The position numbers and the translations under genes are program-made. Shown here piece after piece: positions 1 to 12,764 of a stretch of DNA of 64,000 nucleotides (its first letter is position 1; each line of letters begins with the position of its first letter). The DNA lies in assembly GCA_951406725.2 (NCBI GenBank), contig OX597823.1, positions 3,906,001-3,970,000 on the forward strand, written 5' to 3'. The notes beneath the pieces were generated by a model. That model was not told the DNA's origin. It saw nothing but the letters and a program-made list of their open reading frames with translations, and made no database searches. The stretch comes from Octopus vulgaris (taxonomy: Eukaryota).

Positions 1-99
1 GTGTAACCAGTTCGGTTTCAATGGCTCCAGTAAGCTCTGCCGATCCCTTCACATAACTTTAGTGTCAACCAGTAATTTATTTTGTGATGGTGGCGGATA

Positions 100-205
100 A
101 GTTTGTGGAGGTGGTGGTGATAGTGGTGGCTGTGGTGGTGATGGTGGTGGTGGTTATGATGATGATGATGATGACAGTTGTGACGATGGTAGTGATGGTA
201 GTCTT
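100..205. repeat. (GTG/ATG)n degenerate trinucleotide microsatellite
   Basis: Runs of gtggtg/atgatg; these explain the His-, Thr- and Val/Met-rich pseudo-ORFs at 18-328. Confidence 0.9.
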
Positions 206-740
206 CACCATTGTTGTCAGAATGGCATGTGCACATGTTTGCATGAATTCTTTCATATTGTCACTCTCCAAGAAATACAAGGACATCGTGAGAGGTGTCA
301 ACTGTTCTAATGAAAGATAAAGATACAAGGAATAGAATAAGGGAAACTACTCATTACTCAAAGCTGTAACAGAAATGTAGTTTTCCAGGACCATATTGCC
401 ACTTTGAGGTACAATACGCACTCTGGCCTCTTAAAACCCTCACCAGTAACCAGTAACACAAACAGACCCATGTGTTGGAGGGTTGTTGCCTAAGTGGTGC
501 AAAATTGTCATCTGCCAGGAGTAGGGAGTCACCAACAAATAGTGGATGCGACAAAACACTGCTACAGTACATGCTCTCAAACTATTACTACTACTACTAC
601 TACTATTACTATACTGTCACAACAAAACTGTCAAGTAACTGTGGAATAATAAACAGATGTGTGACAAGTATTGTCAATCCAGTTGTTCATTAGATTCCTC
701 CATTTAATACATTACAGTGGTTACTTTTGTTTCTCTACAT

Positions 741-1059
741 CAGAGGCTCTCAAACATTTTGGGCCACCGCTCCAACTCATGGCCACATAATATCCTCAGC
801 ACCCTCACCCCTATTTTTATGTATAAATAAAATTTTTAGATTTTACGAATTTATATAAACTGTGAATCATTTGATATTTAATATAATATTATATCATTTG
901 TATACAATACTATAATAATATAAATTCATAAGCGTCCCCCAATCCACTGCCTTTCTCCCAATGCCTCCTTTTTCTCTACTGTCCCCTTTGACACCAGCAC
1001 CCACCTGGACCATCTCAATGCCCACTGGAGGGAGGCAGCACCCACTTTGAGAATCTATG
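741..1059. mobile_element. hAT (Charlie/MER5-like) non-autonomous MITE
   Basis: Imperfect TIRs CAGAGGCTCTCAAA...TTTGAGAATCTATG; exact 8-bp TSD CTCTACAT at 733-740 and 1060-1067. Confidence 0.8.
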
Positions 1060-2339
1060 CTCTACATCATGAGATCATATTTGAACCATCACTGATTTTG
1101 ATTGTTGCCTGTACTAACGATACTAAGGTTAAGCTAGGAAGGAAGTATCTATGTGGTTGACTAACTTGCTAGAAATATACCTCAAAGCATACTAGACTGT
1201 ATTGTAGAAAAGAAGAAGTTCGATGACATAGTTATCAATGTTTGAAATCAAGCTAAGATGATCAAGACCAAAGCACCTTTGTCCATAAGCCTGCTCGATT
1301 AGATCTGACCTAGGGTTAAATAGCAAGAAGGTTAAGGCTGCTCTCAATAAATCAGTATATACATACAAACACACAGGATAAACATACATACATATGTATG
1401 AGCATTCCCACTGTGTGATGACATCAGGTAGCCAATAGCTGTGGATGAGCTTTACATAACATTCTACAAGGTTTTTACCCAAATCAACTTTAACTCTGTA
1501 TGTATTGGAAGCTGAAACACTTTGGTACAACACTCAGAGATTACATTAAAATTTTACCATTCAATTCAGCCAAAAACATCTTTAAAACACAATCAATAAA
1601 ATCACAAGAAAAGTTTAGAAAAGAAACAGCACAACAACCAATACCTCACCATCGTCATCCGTTTTCTTCACTGTTTTCAGCCATTCACATTAGTGTAAGT
1701 GTCCTTTTGATGTGTCCAATCATGTTTGTTTAGGCATCATTAAATATGATAATACCTGATCTCTAATGGATGCAGAGAAATTAGTTTAATCCAGGAAGTT
1801 ACTAATTTCACCCATTCGTTGCTTTTATTTGGCAAACACTTTAATGGAAAATAAAGTGAACTAAAATATATCTTTAAATAAACTACATTAATGAAAGCAC
1901 TTTGTACTCTCGTCAAGCAATCTACCCAACCGGGTATCTTGATTCTTTCACAAGAATTTTCTTTAAATTGTTTTGGTGTATAGAACTAAACATAAGGCAG
2001 AATTGGTAGAGTATTGAACAAAATATCTTGTGGCATTTGGTTTCTTCCCTCCACATTGTGAGTTCAAGTCTCGCTCAGTGTTAGAGCCTTAAACAAAATG
2101 ACTGTGCAACTTAAATATGTTATGGTTTTTTTACATACTAAGTTCAAATACTGTGCAAGTCAGCATTTCTTTTCATTCTTTTGAGGTTGATCAATGTCTC
2201 CTAAAAACATCTTTGATGCGACTGGAATCATAAATGAAACATTTTACCTTTGCTTTTTGTGAGGTGGGGTAAACTAACTGAAATCGGCAAAGAATAAAAA
2301 TAAAAGCACATAAATTAAAATTACAGCTATGTCATCTTT

Positions 2340-2545
2340 TATCTTTTTGTCTTTTACTTGTTTCAGTCATTGGAATGCAGCCAGCTGGAGCATCACTTTG
2401 CAGGGTTTCAGGTAAACAAATCAACACCTGTATTTATGTTTTAAGCCTGACGTTCATTACAGTGGTGTCTCTTTAACCAAATCACCAACTTAAGAGGACA
2501 TAAATGCCAGTTGTCAAGTGGTGGACAGGGTACAAATACAGATAC
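2340..2545 (-). mobile_element. SINE family A, 3' half (degenerate)
   Basis: Reverse complement of the family A tail at 9030-9200 (ttttacttgtttcagtcatt...gccagctggagcatcac). Confidence 0.65.
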
Positions 2546-3060
2546 AATGACACACGTACACATACAAATATGTAGAGGAAATTAAGATAAACACCAGTGT
2601 AAAATATTTGGTTCCTACATACAATTTCACCATTGCAGTTATTTGGAACTCAACATTGGATGTTTCAAGTGTTTTTGGATGCCTGAATGCAGCGGATCAT
2701 TGGGGAACAATGTGTGTGTGTGTGTGTGATTTATTTATATTATAATATAACATAATATACTATGAATGTAATATAATATAACACCAAAAAATCATTAAAA
2801 ACCCCAAAAAGCCAACAATGTGTTTCAACTTATATACATTTTATGATATATAGACAATTCACTTCATTTATATAAGTCCCATCAGAACTAAGGTTTAAAG
2901 ATAGATGAAATTCCATGTGAAAGGACAGCTGGATTGTAAAAATATGAATTCAAATGGATTATACCCATATTTATGTGGTATTCAACTGACGTACCAGTGA
3001 ACTGGATGTTTTACACACTCCTTTGAAGGAATTCTTTTCCTTAGTTTGTTACTTTATATA

Positions 3061-3061
<1 letters not shown>

Positions 3062-3094
<33 letters not shown>

Positions 3095-3295
3095 TGTTTG
3101 TTCCCCACCATCGCTTGTCAACTGGTGTTGGAGTATTTAAATTCCTGTTACATAGGAATTTGGCAAAACAAAATGATAGAATAAGTAGCAAGCTTTAAAA
3201 AGAAGTAAGTACTGAAGTCAATTTGTTTGATTAAATTCTTCAAGGTGGTGCTGCAGCATGGCCACAGTCTAATGACTGAAACAAGAAAAAGAAAA
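3062..3295 (+). mobile_element. SINE family A, 3' half
   Basis: (TG)n, then ccccaccatcgcttg...cagcatggccacagtctaatgactgaaacaag and an A-rich tail; homologous to 9030-9200. Confidence 0.7.
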
Positions 3296-3511
3296 AAAAA
3301 AGAAAACAAAAACCCTAAAAGGAGGAAAAATAAAGTTGACCTTAGTGAGGTTTACAATGGTAAGAGAAATCACATGTGTGTAAGTCACTGCCTCAATAAA
3401 GCAGATTTAGAAAAAAACATTTTTCTATGAAGTTTGTTTATCATTCTAGCCAAAAAGAAAATACATTTTTCTAATAAGTGTATATTATCCAATGTGTCTT
3501 TTCTTTCTTTG

Positions 3512-3722
3512 ACTTTTAACATTTAAAATGGCCAAATCTGGCCCATATAGTCTACTTGCTTTATGTTCAATCTGGCTTCTCTCACCCGTCCTACATTGTC
3601 AGTCTAAAAATAAACAATTGCATCGTCAAAATCTCTAAGCTACAAGATAGTGCATGATTGATTCAAGACAATCTGAATAAATAAGCATTACATTTGATGG
3701 CAAACTGAATGCTAGAGGATTA
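3512..3722. mobile_element. piggyBac-like MITE, degenerate copy
   Basis: Internal sequence is homologous to 47212-47431; the termini are decayed. Confidence 0.55.
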
Positions 3723-4415
3723 TAGCAGTAGTATGCAATTTGAGCGATGTCTGGCTTCTCTTTTTAGCAAGTCAGTTGACCACGTAGAGGCTCCCTTATT
3801 GCGTCTCCTGTCTTTTTGTGTATGTCTGTAGGAGATTGATTTTCTTTTCCTCTGGTCAGAAAGAATTGAATTAAGAGGAACGAAAAAATATTACAACCAT
3901 CACAAAATGATCACTTAGATCTCAATAAAACGTAGAACATTTCAAATATTCAATAACTGCTGAGATATGAGTTACAGTGTTATTGATTTTGAGTGGCTAT
4001 TATATGCTACAATCACTGTTCGAGAACATTATAGAACATTCTGATATTTTACAAGTTATTGCTTGTATTAGTACCAATTACCATTTCAGTTGATGTTGCT
4101 GTTCTTCTTTTTGTTGTTGTTCTTTCTCTTGCTATTGTTGCTGCTGTTGTTGTTGTTTAGTTCTGGGTCAACTCCAGTATATTTGGTTGCTATTTGTAGC
4201 AGATCGAGATTGCACTGTAGGTTTGCATTAGTGTTAGAGTTAATACTGATTTTGTACTTGGGCACAAGGTAAACAATTGGCAACAGAATGTTACTGTGTG
4301 GTCTTCATGACCTTACCAAAGATATTTTTGACAAATGTCAAGTGAGACTGAACTAGTAATCGAACCGCAGTAACTTGCCTCCTACTCTATAATACCACCC
4401 TCTTCATTTTCTTTA

Positions 4416-6300
4416 TTGTTCTACTACGACAACTTGAGGATGAGATTTACAGCAGGAAAGTTCACAACGGAGTGGCAACGGCTTGAAATAGGTATTGCAG
4501 CCGGATGCACGATAACAGTCATCTTATTCATGCTAGTCATGGAAATGTTACTTAGATCTACAAACTGTGAGAAAGCTGTTACAAAGACACCATTAAGGGC
4601 TTTTATGGACGACGTTACTGTAATATCGGAAAGTAGAGAAGCAGCAGAGGGAATGTTAGAGCGGTTGGACGAATTGATAGGATGGACAAGGATGAAATTC
4701 AAAGCCAAAAAATCTTGAAGCATGGCTTTCGTGAAAGGAGTGCAAGAAGTGAAATTCAGGATAGGAGTTGAAGACATACCAACGGTGAAAGAACAACCAG
4801 TAAAGAGTCTCGGCAGATGGTATAGAGATTTATTAAATGATAAGAAGCAAGGGAAAGAAACACACGAGTTAGTAGAACAAGGATTAAAGGCAATTGACAG
4901 AACAATGCTGCCAGGAAAATTCAAATGTTGGATACTGCAATTTGGGCTGTACTCAAGAATAATGTGGCCATTGCAAATGCACGAAATAACCTCGTGTAGA
5001 GTAGAAAAAATGGAACAAAGATGCAGTGTGTTTATCAGAAAATGGCTTGGTCTGCCGAAACCACTGAATACAACTGCGCTATATGAAAAACCCGTGCTGC
5101 AACTACCAATAACATCAATCGCCGAAGAATAAAAGGCAGGAAAGGCAAGGACAGTAATGATGCTAAGTTATTCAAAAGATCAGAGCATCCGGGAAAACCC
5201 TCCAAAGGTACGAACAGGGAGGAAATGGAAGGTGGAAGAGGCAGTAAACAGGGCGATGGGAAAACCAAGGCATGCAGATATAGTCGGAGCAATGCAAGAA
5301 GCAAGAGCCAGCCTAGGGTCGCACAATTTCAGGCCATTTTGCAAGAGCAGTATAAAAGAGATGAAAGAGGCAGTGGTATACGAAGTGAGAAAGGAGGGAG
5401 AAGAAAGGCGAAATGTACATTTGGTGCAATGTAGTCAAAAGGGACAGTGCCTGAGATGGGAAGAATATGTGATCAGCTGCAGAATATCATAGAAGGAATT
5501 ATGGGCTTGGGAACAAGAAAGAACATCCTTCCTGATCAAGTCTACCTTCGACGTTCTACCCTCACCGGCGAACTTAGTCCAGTGAAACATAAAAACAACC
5601 GATGAGTGTAGATGCAGAGAAAAAGCGACAGTTAGACATGTTCTGTCAAGTTGCAGACTAGAACTTGAAAGATATACATGGCGGCATAATCAAGTCCTTG
5701 GAGTCATAAGCGCAGCACTCAGAGCAGATTGAGAGGTACAATAGGGGAGAGTACCCAAAAGTAGAAAAGCGCAGGAAAGTATACTTCCACAAGGAGGGGA
5801 AAGGATATAAAACCGGGCCTACAAGTAAAGTATACGAGATAGACAAAAGATGGAAGGGATACTGGGAGGTGGCCACGGACTTGGAAAGACAAGTAGTATT
5901 TCCACTAATAAAAACAACAAAAAGACCAGATTTAGTTCTATGGGACAGAGAATGGAGAATAGGAATTTTGCTAGAACTGACAGTGCCATGGGAAGAGAAC
6001 ATTGACAATGCAGATAAACAAAAGGAGAAGAGGTACGAAAAACTAATCGAAGAGTGCAGAGAACAGGGATGGAATGTCGAGTATTATCACCTGGCAGTGG
6101 GGGCTACGGGCTTCATTGAAAGAAAAATGACAACGCTATTCAAAATAAGATTTGTTTTTTCTTGCTCAGAGCTGAGAAAACTAATAAGGAGAATACAGGA
6201 GGCGGTCGAAAAGGCCAGCTTCTATATATGGCTGAAGCAGGAAGACCAAAAATGGCTTGAAAGTCATAACATGCCGGTGGAAAATAACATCACTAAGTGA
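4416..6300 (+). pseudogene. 5'-truncated HERO-like (R2/NeSL group, RLE-type) non-LTR retrotransposon ORF: RT C-terminal half, zinc knuckle and PD-(D/E)xK endonuclease
   Basis: RT motifs GIAAGCTI and RAFMDDV; PVKSLGRWY; CRC-x6-RHVLSSC...RYTWRHNQVL at ~5605-5700; RPDLVLW...ELTVPWEENI. Interrupted by in-frame stops (4716, 5130, 5490, ~5583) and frameshift(s). Confidence 0.9.
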
Positions 6301-6742
6301 GACAAGCTGATACTGAATTAGCTTCGCTGACTGACAGGTGACGGTCATTTAGAGAATGAGTAGGTTAAGACTACACGCCTTCATTGGTCAGTTAAAGTTG
6401 AGACAGTGTCATGTGACAACTTGCTGGGGCTGCCTGCTGGAGCCTAGCAGCAGGTATTTAAAGGAAAAAAATTTGACAAGACAGTCAGTCACCCGCTGAC
6501 ACTCATTGACGCTACATCGAAGAGGCCAGGGAACAGAAGAAAGAAGACATGCACACAACACCAGAGCTGAAGACACCTCCGAAAGGATGGGGGTTGCCAC
6601 ATCAAAATGGTAGAGGAGTAGGGGCCGAAACCGGACGTAGTTCCTCCTGATGATGTCTTGAGCTAACTGGATTCTATAAAGGAGCTGTTGTGGTTGCAGA
6701 CCACGAAACACGGTTGAAATTCCTACACTGTGCAACCCATCA
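6301..6742 (+). mobile_element. Probable 3' UTR of the HERO-like element
   Basis: GC-richer sequence continuing directly after the stop at 6300 until AT-rich background resumes; the 3' boundary is approximate. Confidence 0.45.
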
Positions 6743-8547
6743 GTCTATCTTTGTCCACCTCCAATACCATATCATTTTTTTTTTTGTTCTTTCTATTTCT
6801 ATGAGAAGTGGTAGCTGACCATTGCGCAAACCTTTCACTATTTCTGGTGAAAAGGACACTATGTGTGGATCTTTACAGCCAGCAATATTTATGGCACAAC
6901 ATGACTGATTCTGAAAAAGAGAGGGGGGAAAAAACAACTTCCGTACCTGTCTAGAGCTTTATTTATTGAGCCCAGAATCCAAAGTTGATTTCAGCAGGAT
7001 TTAAACTCAACAAACTGAAACAAATATGACAAAGGATTCCATTTGATCTGTTAATGCAGTATTACCCAAGTGATGGTCCCTGGAACTCCTAGGGTCTACA
7101 AGAGGTCAAAATGTTCCAAGAAACATATCAACGGATAGGTTAATGGTATGCATATGCAATTTTTAGTCCTCCTTTGAAATTTTTATACCTTTAAATTGTA
7201 TTCTACATGCATAGCATATTCAAAATACGGGCATTTTTGATACTAAGGAGACCCTGTAGGTAAAATAGCCTCTTGATACAGAATTGTAAGGGAGCTAGGT
7301 CTAAATAAGATAAAATGAAATTTCCCCAACCCTTGTTGGGGCATCTAATGGATTTAACATGGCCAAACCTTAATTTTTTATGGAATTTAATTTTTATCAA
7401 AGAGAAAGAAAAGGGGTTACAAAGACATATATATAATTATATATAAGTGATCCCTGAGAGACAGAATGTATTTCAAGGTTTTCCCCAAGAGAAAAAAAAG
7501 AAGGTTGAGAAATGCTTGTCTTACCACACCAACGACTCTACTAATTCCTTGCATTAGATACAAAGCTTCAAATCTGTAATTGATTGAACTTTTAGCTTGA
7601 TACATATTGAAGACAAGTTATGCAGGGAGACATAAAATAGTCCTTTCTAGTATAGGCACAAGGCCTGAATTTTTTTTTTAAATGAACCCGCACCCAATCC
7701 TTGACTAGTATTTATTTTATTGACTCCAATAAAATAAATACTAGTCAAGCTGATAGAATCATTAACACACTGGGAAAAGTACTTAACAGTCTTCGTCCGT
7801 CTTTACATTCAAATTCTGCAGAGGTTGACCTTTCCTTTTATCCTTCTGGGACCGATGTAATTAATTTAACCTCTACTTGAAATTACTGTCCTTATGTCAA
7901 AATTTGAAACCAACATTTCCAAAAATCCATCGGTTTTCTATAGCTTTGGTCCCGAACGCAATTCCATTGCTTCTTTAATTATGTGATGGAACAGTTTGTA
8001 GAAATGTAACAAAATTTTTTGACATTTCACAGTAGACAGGGCTATCTGGGTAAGAATTTTGTCTGACGCTTTGATGGTTCCCTCTTAGATTCACTGGTGC
8101 ATTCTTGATGAGTCTTTTCTTATCAAAGAAGAAAAACATTAAAAATGAGGTTACGATGACATTCACATTTCACGTGTAAAAGTGAATTGCATTACAACCT
8201 GATATGTAATCTGACAAGCAGTTCCATCAGTGAGTCTTCCTACTTCATAAAATTCATATACTTATACATATATACTCACACATACACACGTAGTATTCTG
8301 AAGTTAATTGACAAACTCTAGATAATGAGATTCACGAAATCGTAACCTCCTTACAATGACTGACACCCAGCTCATCTGCTAAACAGCTTCTCCAACCAAG
8401 AGTTAAACATGAAGCTAGAAGATGTCATGGATGAGTTTCATTAAGAATATTTTCTTTTTCTATTCTTTTTTCATTGTTTTATTTTTTATCATTACGATAC
8501 AAAGAAGTGTTATTCCTTGGTGGGAAGATGTGAGTAAGAATGGAAGG

Positions 8548-8549
<2 letters not shown>

Positions 8550-8619
<70 letters not shown>

Positions 8620-8755
8620 TGGGAAAGAAAGAGGGGAGAGGTAAACAAATATGAAAGATAAAGACAAAATAGAACAAAATATATTCAAATATATGAATTT
8701 ATGCATGCTCTACACACACAGATATATACACATACATACATATGTATATATACAC

Positions 8756-8800
<45 letters not shown>
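8550..8800. repeat. (TA)n/(GA)n/(TACA)n microsatellite cluster
   Basis: Direct reading of the sequence. Confidence 0.9.
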
Positions 8801-8807
<7 letters not shown>

Positions 8808-8971
8808 TAGGCGTAGGAGTTGTTGTGTGGTAAGTAGCTTGCTTACCAGCCACATGGTTCCGGGTTCAGTCCCACTGCGTAGCACCTTGGGCAAGTGTCA
8901 AATATAGCCTCAGGCCAACCAATGCCTTATGAGTGGATTTGGTAGATGGAAACTGAAAGAAGCCCATCATA

Positions 8972-9010
<39 letters not shown>

Positions 9011-9199
9011 ATGTGTCTGAGTTTGTACCCCCCAACATCGCTTGACAACTGGTGCTGGTGTGTTTCCATCCCCGTAACTTAGCGGTTCGGTAAAAGAGAC
9101 CGATACAATAAGTACTAGGCTTTCAAAGAATAAGTCCTGGGGTCGATTTGCTCGACTAAAGGCATGGCCACAGTCAAATGACTGAAACGAGTAAAAGAG

Positions 9200-9202
<3 letters not shown>
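8808..9202 (+). mobile_element. tRNA-derived SINE family A (CORE-like), full length
   Basis: A-box-like gttgtgtggtaag; B-box GGTTCAGTCCC; core-like caccttgggcaagtgtc; internal (TA)n; tail actgaaacgagtaaaagagta. Homologs at 31528 and 50268. Confidence 0.85.
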
Positions 9203-9250
<48 letters not shown>

Positions 9251-9274
9251 TTCATACATATATGTATATATATA

Positions 9275-11040
9275 TCATCATCATCATCATCGTTTAGCGT
9301 CCGTTTTCCATGCTAGCATGGGTTGGACGGTTCTACTGGGGTCTGTGAAGCCAGAAGGCTTCATTAGGCCCAGTCAAATCTGGCAGTGTTTCTACGGCTG
9401 GATGCCCTTCCTAACGCCAACCACTCCGTGAGTGTAGTGGGTGCTTTTTACGTGCCACCCGCACTGGTGCCAGACAGAGCTGGGAAACAGCCACGAACAG
9501 ATGGTGCTTTTTATGTGCCACCGGCACGAGGGCCAGGAGAGGCTGGCAACGGACACGAAACGGGGTGGTGCTGGCAACGGTCGCGAAACGGAAAGTTCTC
9601 TTACATGCCACCGCACTGGTAACACATCTGCAATTTCCATTGATCGATTTCGATTCTGATCCTCACTTGCCTCAACGGGTCTTCACAAGTAGAGTTTTGT
9701 GTCCCAAGAAGGGAAGGTATGCATACGTAGGCTGGCTCCATCCCATGTAGAAGGCCACGGGTTATGGACTCACTTGTCCTGCCGGGTTTTCTCGCGCACA
9801 GCACACTTCCAGAGGTCTCGGTCTCTAGTCATTTCCTCAGTGAGACCTAAAGTTCGAAGGTCGTGCTTCACCACCTCGTCCCAGGTTTTCCTGGGTCTGC
9901 CTCTTCCACAGGTTCCCTCAACCGCTAGGGTGTGGCACTTTTTCACACAACTATCTTCATCCATTCTCGCCACATGATCATACCAGCGCAAACGTCTCTC
10001 TTGCACACCACAACTGATGCTTCTTAGGTCCAGCTTTTCTCTCAAGGTACTTACACTCTGCCGAGTGTGAGTACCGGCATTACACATCCATCGGAGCATA
10101 CTGGCTTCATTTCTTGCGAGCTTATGCATATCCTCAGCAGTCACGGCCCATGTTTCACTGCCATGTAGCATGGCTGTTCGTACACACGCATCATACAGTC
10201 TGCCTTTCACTCTGTGCGAGAGGCCTTTTGTCACCAGCAGAGGTAAGAGCTCTCTGAACTTTGCCCAAGCTATTCTTACTCTAGCAGTTACACTTTCAGC
10301 ACACCCGCCCCCGCTGCTGACTTGGTCACCTAGGTAACGGAAACTATCAACTATTTCTAGTTTTTCTCCCTGGAAAGTGACGGAAGTTGGTCTCAGAGCA
10401 TTTTCAGTGTTTATTGTTCCTGAGCATCTGCCACATACAAAAACCATCTTCCTAGTTAGCCTTCCTTTGACATTGCTGAAACTCTTATGTGTCCATAGCT
10501 TACACTTGGTGCATCTTATAGAGTTTCTATCTACACCTTTTCTACAGATCGAGCAGGGCCATCTACCTGAAGGTGTTTGTGATTTGTCTACCTTCCTACT
10601 GATTACGACTTTGGTTTTAGCTAGATTGACTCTGAGGCCCTTCGATTCTAATCCTTGTTTCCACACCTGAAACTTCTCCTCCAGTTCTGATAGCGACTCA
10701 GCAATTAGAGCAAGGTCGTCAGCATAGAGGAGCTCCCAAGGGCATCCTGTCTTGAATTCCTCCGTTATTGCCTGGAGGACTATGATAAATAGGAGGGGGC
10801 TGAGTACTGAACCTTGGTGGACCCCTACCTCTACCCGGAATTCTTCACTGTACTCATTTCCAACCCTCACCCTACTAGCAGCGTCCCTATACATGGCCCG
10901 CACAGCTCTCACTAACCATTCATCTATCCCTAGTTTCCTCATTGCCCACCAGATAAGGGATCGGGGGACCCTGTCGAAGGCTTTCTCCATGTCAACAAAA
11001 GCCAGGTACAGGGGCTTATCTTTGGCTAGGTATTTCTCCT
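9275..11040 (-). mobile_element. RTE-clade LINE, 3' portion (RT, 3' UTR and (TGA)n tail)
   Basis: Contains the RT ORF 9770-10990; the 3' UTR ends in ...catgctagcatggaaaacggacgctaaacgatgatgatg, a tail shared by many short copies in the window. Confidence 0.93.
9770..11038 (-). CDS. RTE-type reverse transcriptase fragment (open frame, 5'-truncated) with an embedded Cys/His finger
   Basis: EKYLAKDKPLYLAFVDMEKAFDRVPR; GVHQGSVLSPLLF; LLYADDLAL; FRYLG; RRLRWYDHV; GRGRPRKTW. Confidence 0.9.
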   Translation of the reverse strand, partial: EKYLAKDKPLYLAFVDMEKAFDRVPRSLIWWAMRKLGIDEWLVRAVRAMYRDAASRVRVGNEYSEEFRVEVGVHQGSVLSPLLFIIVLQAITEEFKTGCPWELLYADDLALIAESLSELEEKFQVWKQGLESKGLRVNLAKTKVVISRKVDKSQTPSGRWPCSICRKGVDRNSIRCTKCKLWTHKSFSNVKGRLTRKMVFVCGRCSGTINTENALRPTSVTFQGEKLEIVDSFRYLGDQVSSGGGCAESVTARVRIAWAKFRELLPLLVTKGLSHRVKGRLYDACVRTAMLHGSETWAVTAEDMHKLARNEASMLRWMCNAGTHTRQSVSTLREKLDLRSISCGVQERRLRWYDHVARMDEDSCVKKCHTLAVEGTCGRGRPRKTWDEVVKHDLRTLGLTEEMTRDRDLWKCAVREKTRQDK

Positions 11041-11624
11041 AATTGAGGTAATCAGAGTATGTGACAGAATACTTAAGATTAGATTAGTGCTTCATCATAG
11101 TTTAGCAACCATTATATCAGCCTATGCTCCTCAGTCGGGGCTACCCGATGGACAGAAAGACCGATTCTATGACACTCTACTTCAGACTACCTCGTTGACG
11201 AATGACAGAGACCTTATCTTTGTGGCTGGTGACTTCAATGGTCACGTTGGACGACATGCTGGGGGCTTCCATGGCGTACATGGAGGCTATGGCTATGGCT
11301 CCCGCAACGAGGAGGGAACCAGGCTGCTGGAGTTCTGCGATGCAAATAATCTTATGATTTGCAACACTAACTTCAGGAAACCTACCAGCCACCTAGTCAC
11401 TTACCGATCGGGCCAACATACCAGCCAAATTGACTACATCCTTGCAAGGCAAAGGGAGAGATGGCTGCTTATAAATGCCAAAACCTTCCCAGGTGAAGAA
11501 TGTACCCCACAACATAGACTGGTAGTTAGTGACTTTAGGATCAGGACTAGGAGGACAACCAGAAGACGACAAATATGGAGAAGAAGGATCTGGAAGCTTA
11601 AAGATCCTGCAAATGGACAGAGAT

Positions 11625-11625
<1 letters not shown>
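11041..11625 (+). pseudogene. APE-type endonuclease fragment of an RTE LINE, inverted relative to the adjacent RT
   Basis: IISAYAPQ; VAGDFNGHVG; GYGSRNEEG; TSQIDYIL; QHRLVV. The ORF runs into (TA)n at 11626. Confidence 0.9.
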
Positions 11626-11661
<36 letters not shown>

Positions 11662-12405
11662 ACACACATACATATGTATATATATATATATAATTCAAAA
11701 GAAAATTAAGAAAATGGAGATATACCATTTAATAAAAATTTATTATCTGCAAAAATCCAACATGTTCTCTTGCAGCTGTTTCAGTTAAGCCTAAAGATTA
11801 AAATACCAATTATTCAATCCTTATATTAGGCAAAATTTCATCAGAGGGGTAGAAAAAAGATATACTGTTATATATATATAAATTTACATAAGTGCACGGG
11901 GAGGTTGTATATGAAGAGAAAGAGAGAAAGGGGGAGATATATAAACCACAAATGCTAACATAGAGGAAACATAAAGAGTGGGATGGCAACAGAGAGATAA
12001 CTTAATTATTAACCCATTGGATGGATGAATGACTTATTTGGTCAGAGTTCATAAACAAACAGGACTTGGGGGTTAGCTGTAATAATTAGTTGATCCTCTG
12101 TTCACATATACTGGCAGACCTCCTCTACAGATAAAAACCCCTTTTGAATTACAAAAATAAAATTAGTTCATAGTAGTAGGTGTTTGGCAGTGAACTTTAT
12201 TAATATATGCAACAACAGGGAACATGTTTTCAGCAGTTGTTCAAAGAGTCAATAAACTTTGGTGCTTTTTTTTTTTTCATATTTTCTTCAGTTTCTAAGA
12301 AGAATTGTCATCTCTGAAATCTTCAGATAATTAAATATATACATATTAAAAGAAACAGTATTGGTGAATCTGCTGATCATTATAATATGAATATACAATA
12401 TATAT

Positions 12406-12633
12406 TTCTTTACTGCACACAAGGTGCTAAACATAGAGGGGACAAACAAGGACAGACAAAGGGAGTAAGTCGATTACATCGACCCCAGTGCGAAATTGGT
12501 ACTTTATTTATCAACCCTGAAAGGATGAAAGGTAAAGTCGACCTCAGCGGAATTTGAACTCAGAACGTAACAACAGACAAAATACCGCAAAGCATTTCGC
12601 CCAGCACGCTGTTTCTGCCAGCTCACCGCTTAG
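12406..12633 (-). mobile_element. tRNA-derived SINE family B, full length with TSD
   Basis: Minus strand: gcggtgagctggcagaaac (A box), gagttcaaattcc (B box), ctttacctttcatcctttcagggttgataaat core (resembles the Meta/MESC SINE domain, from recall). 17-bp TSD GAATATACAATATATAT at 12389-12405 and 12634-12650. Confidence 0.88.
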
Positions 12634-12764
12634 GAATATACAATATATATATATGTGTATACACGCATACACACAGATCAAAGCAGTTTGATTCAAATTC
12701 TTTGGTACGTTGAGTTTCAAAGCATGGTGCTAATCCCCAGCCATTGGAAATATTTAAATAAAAT

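Noticed and set aside
18-328. His-rich, Thr-rich or hydrophobic small proteins
   Set aside because: Translations of a (GTG/ATG)n microsatellite; the same applies to 4086-4283 and 31078-31353.
1645-1760. Minus-strand exon suggested by a GTGAG donor at ~1649
   Set aside because: All three frames from the nearest plausible acceptor contain stops.
7940-8170. Possible terminal exon or 63-aa ORF
   Set aside because: No recognisable protein similarity and no consistent splice or frame support.
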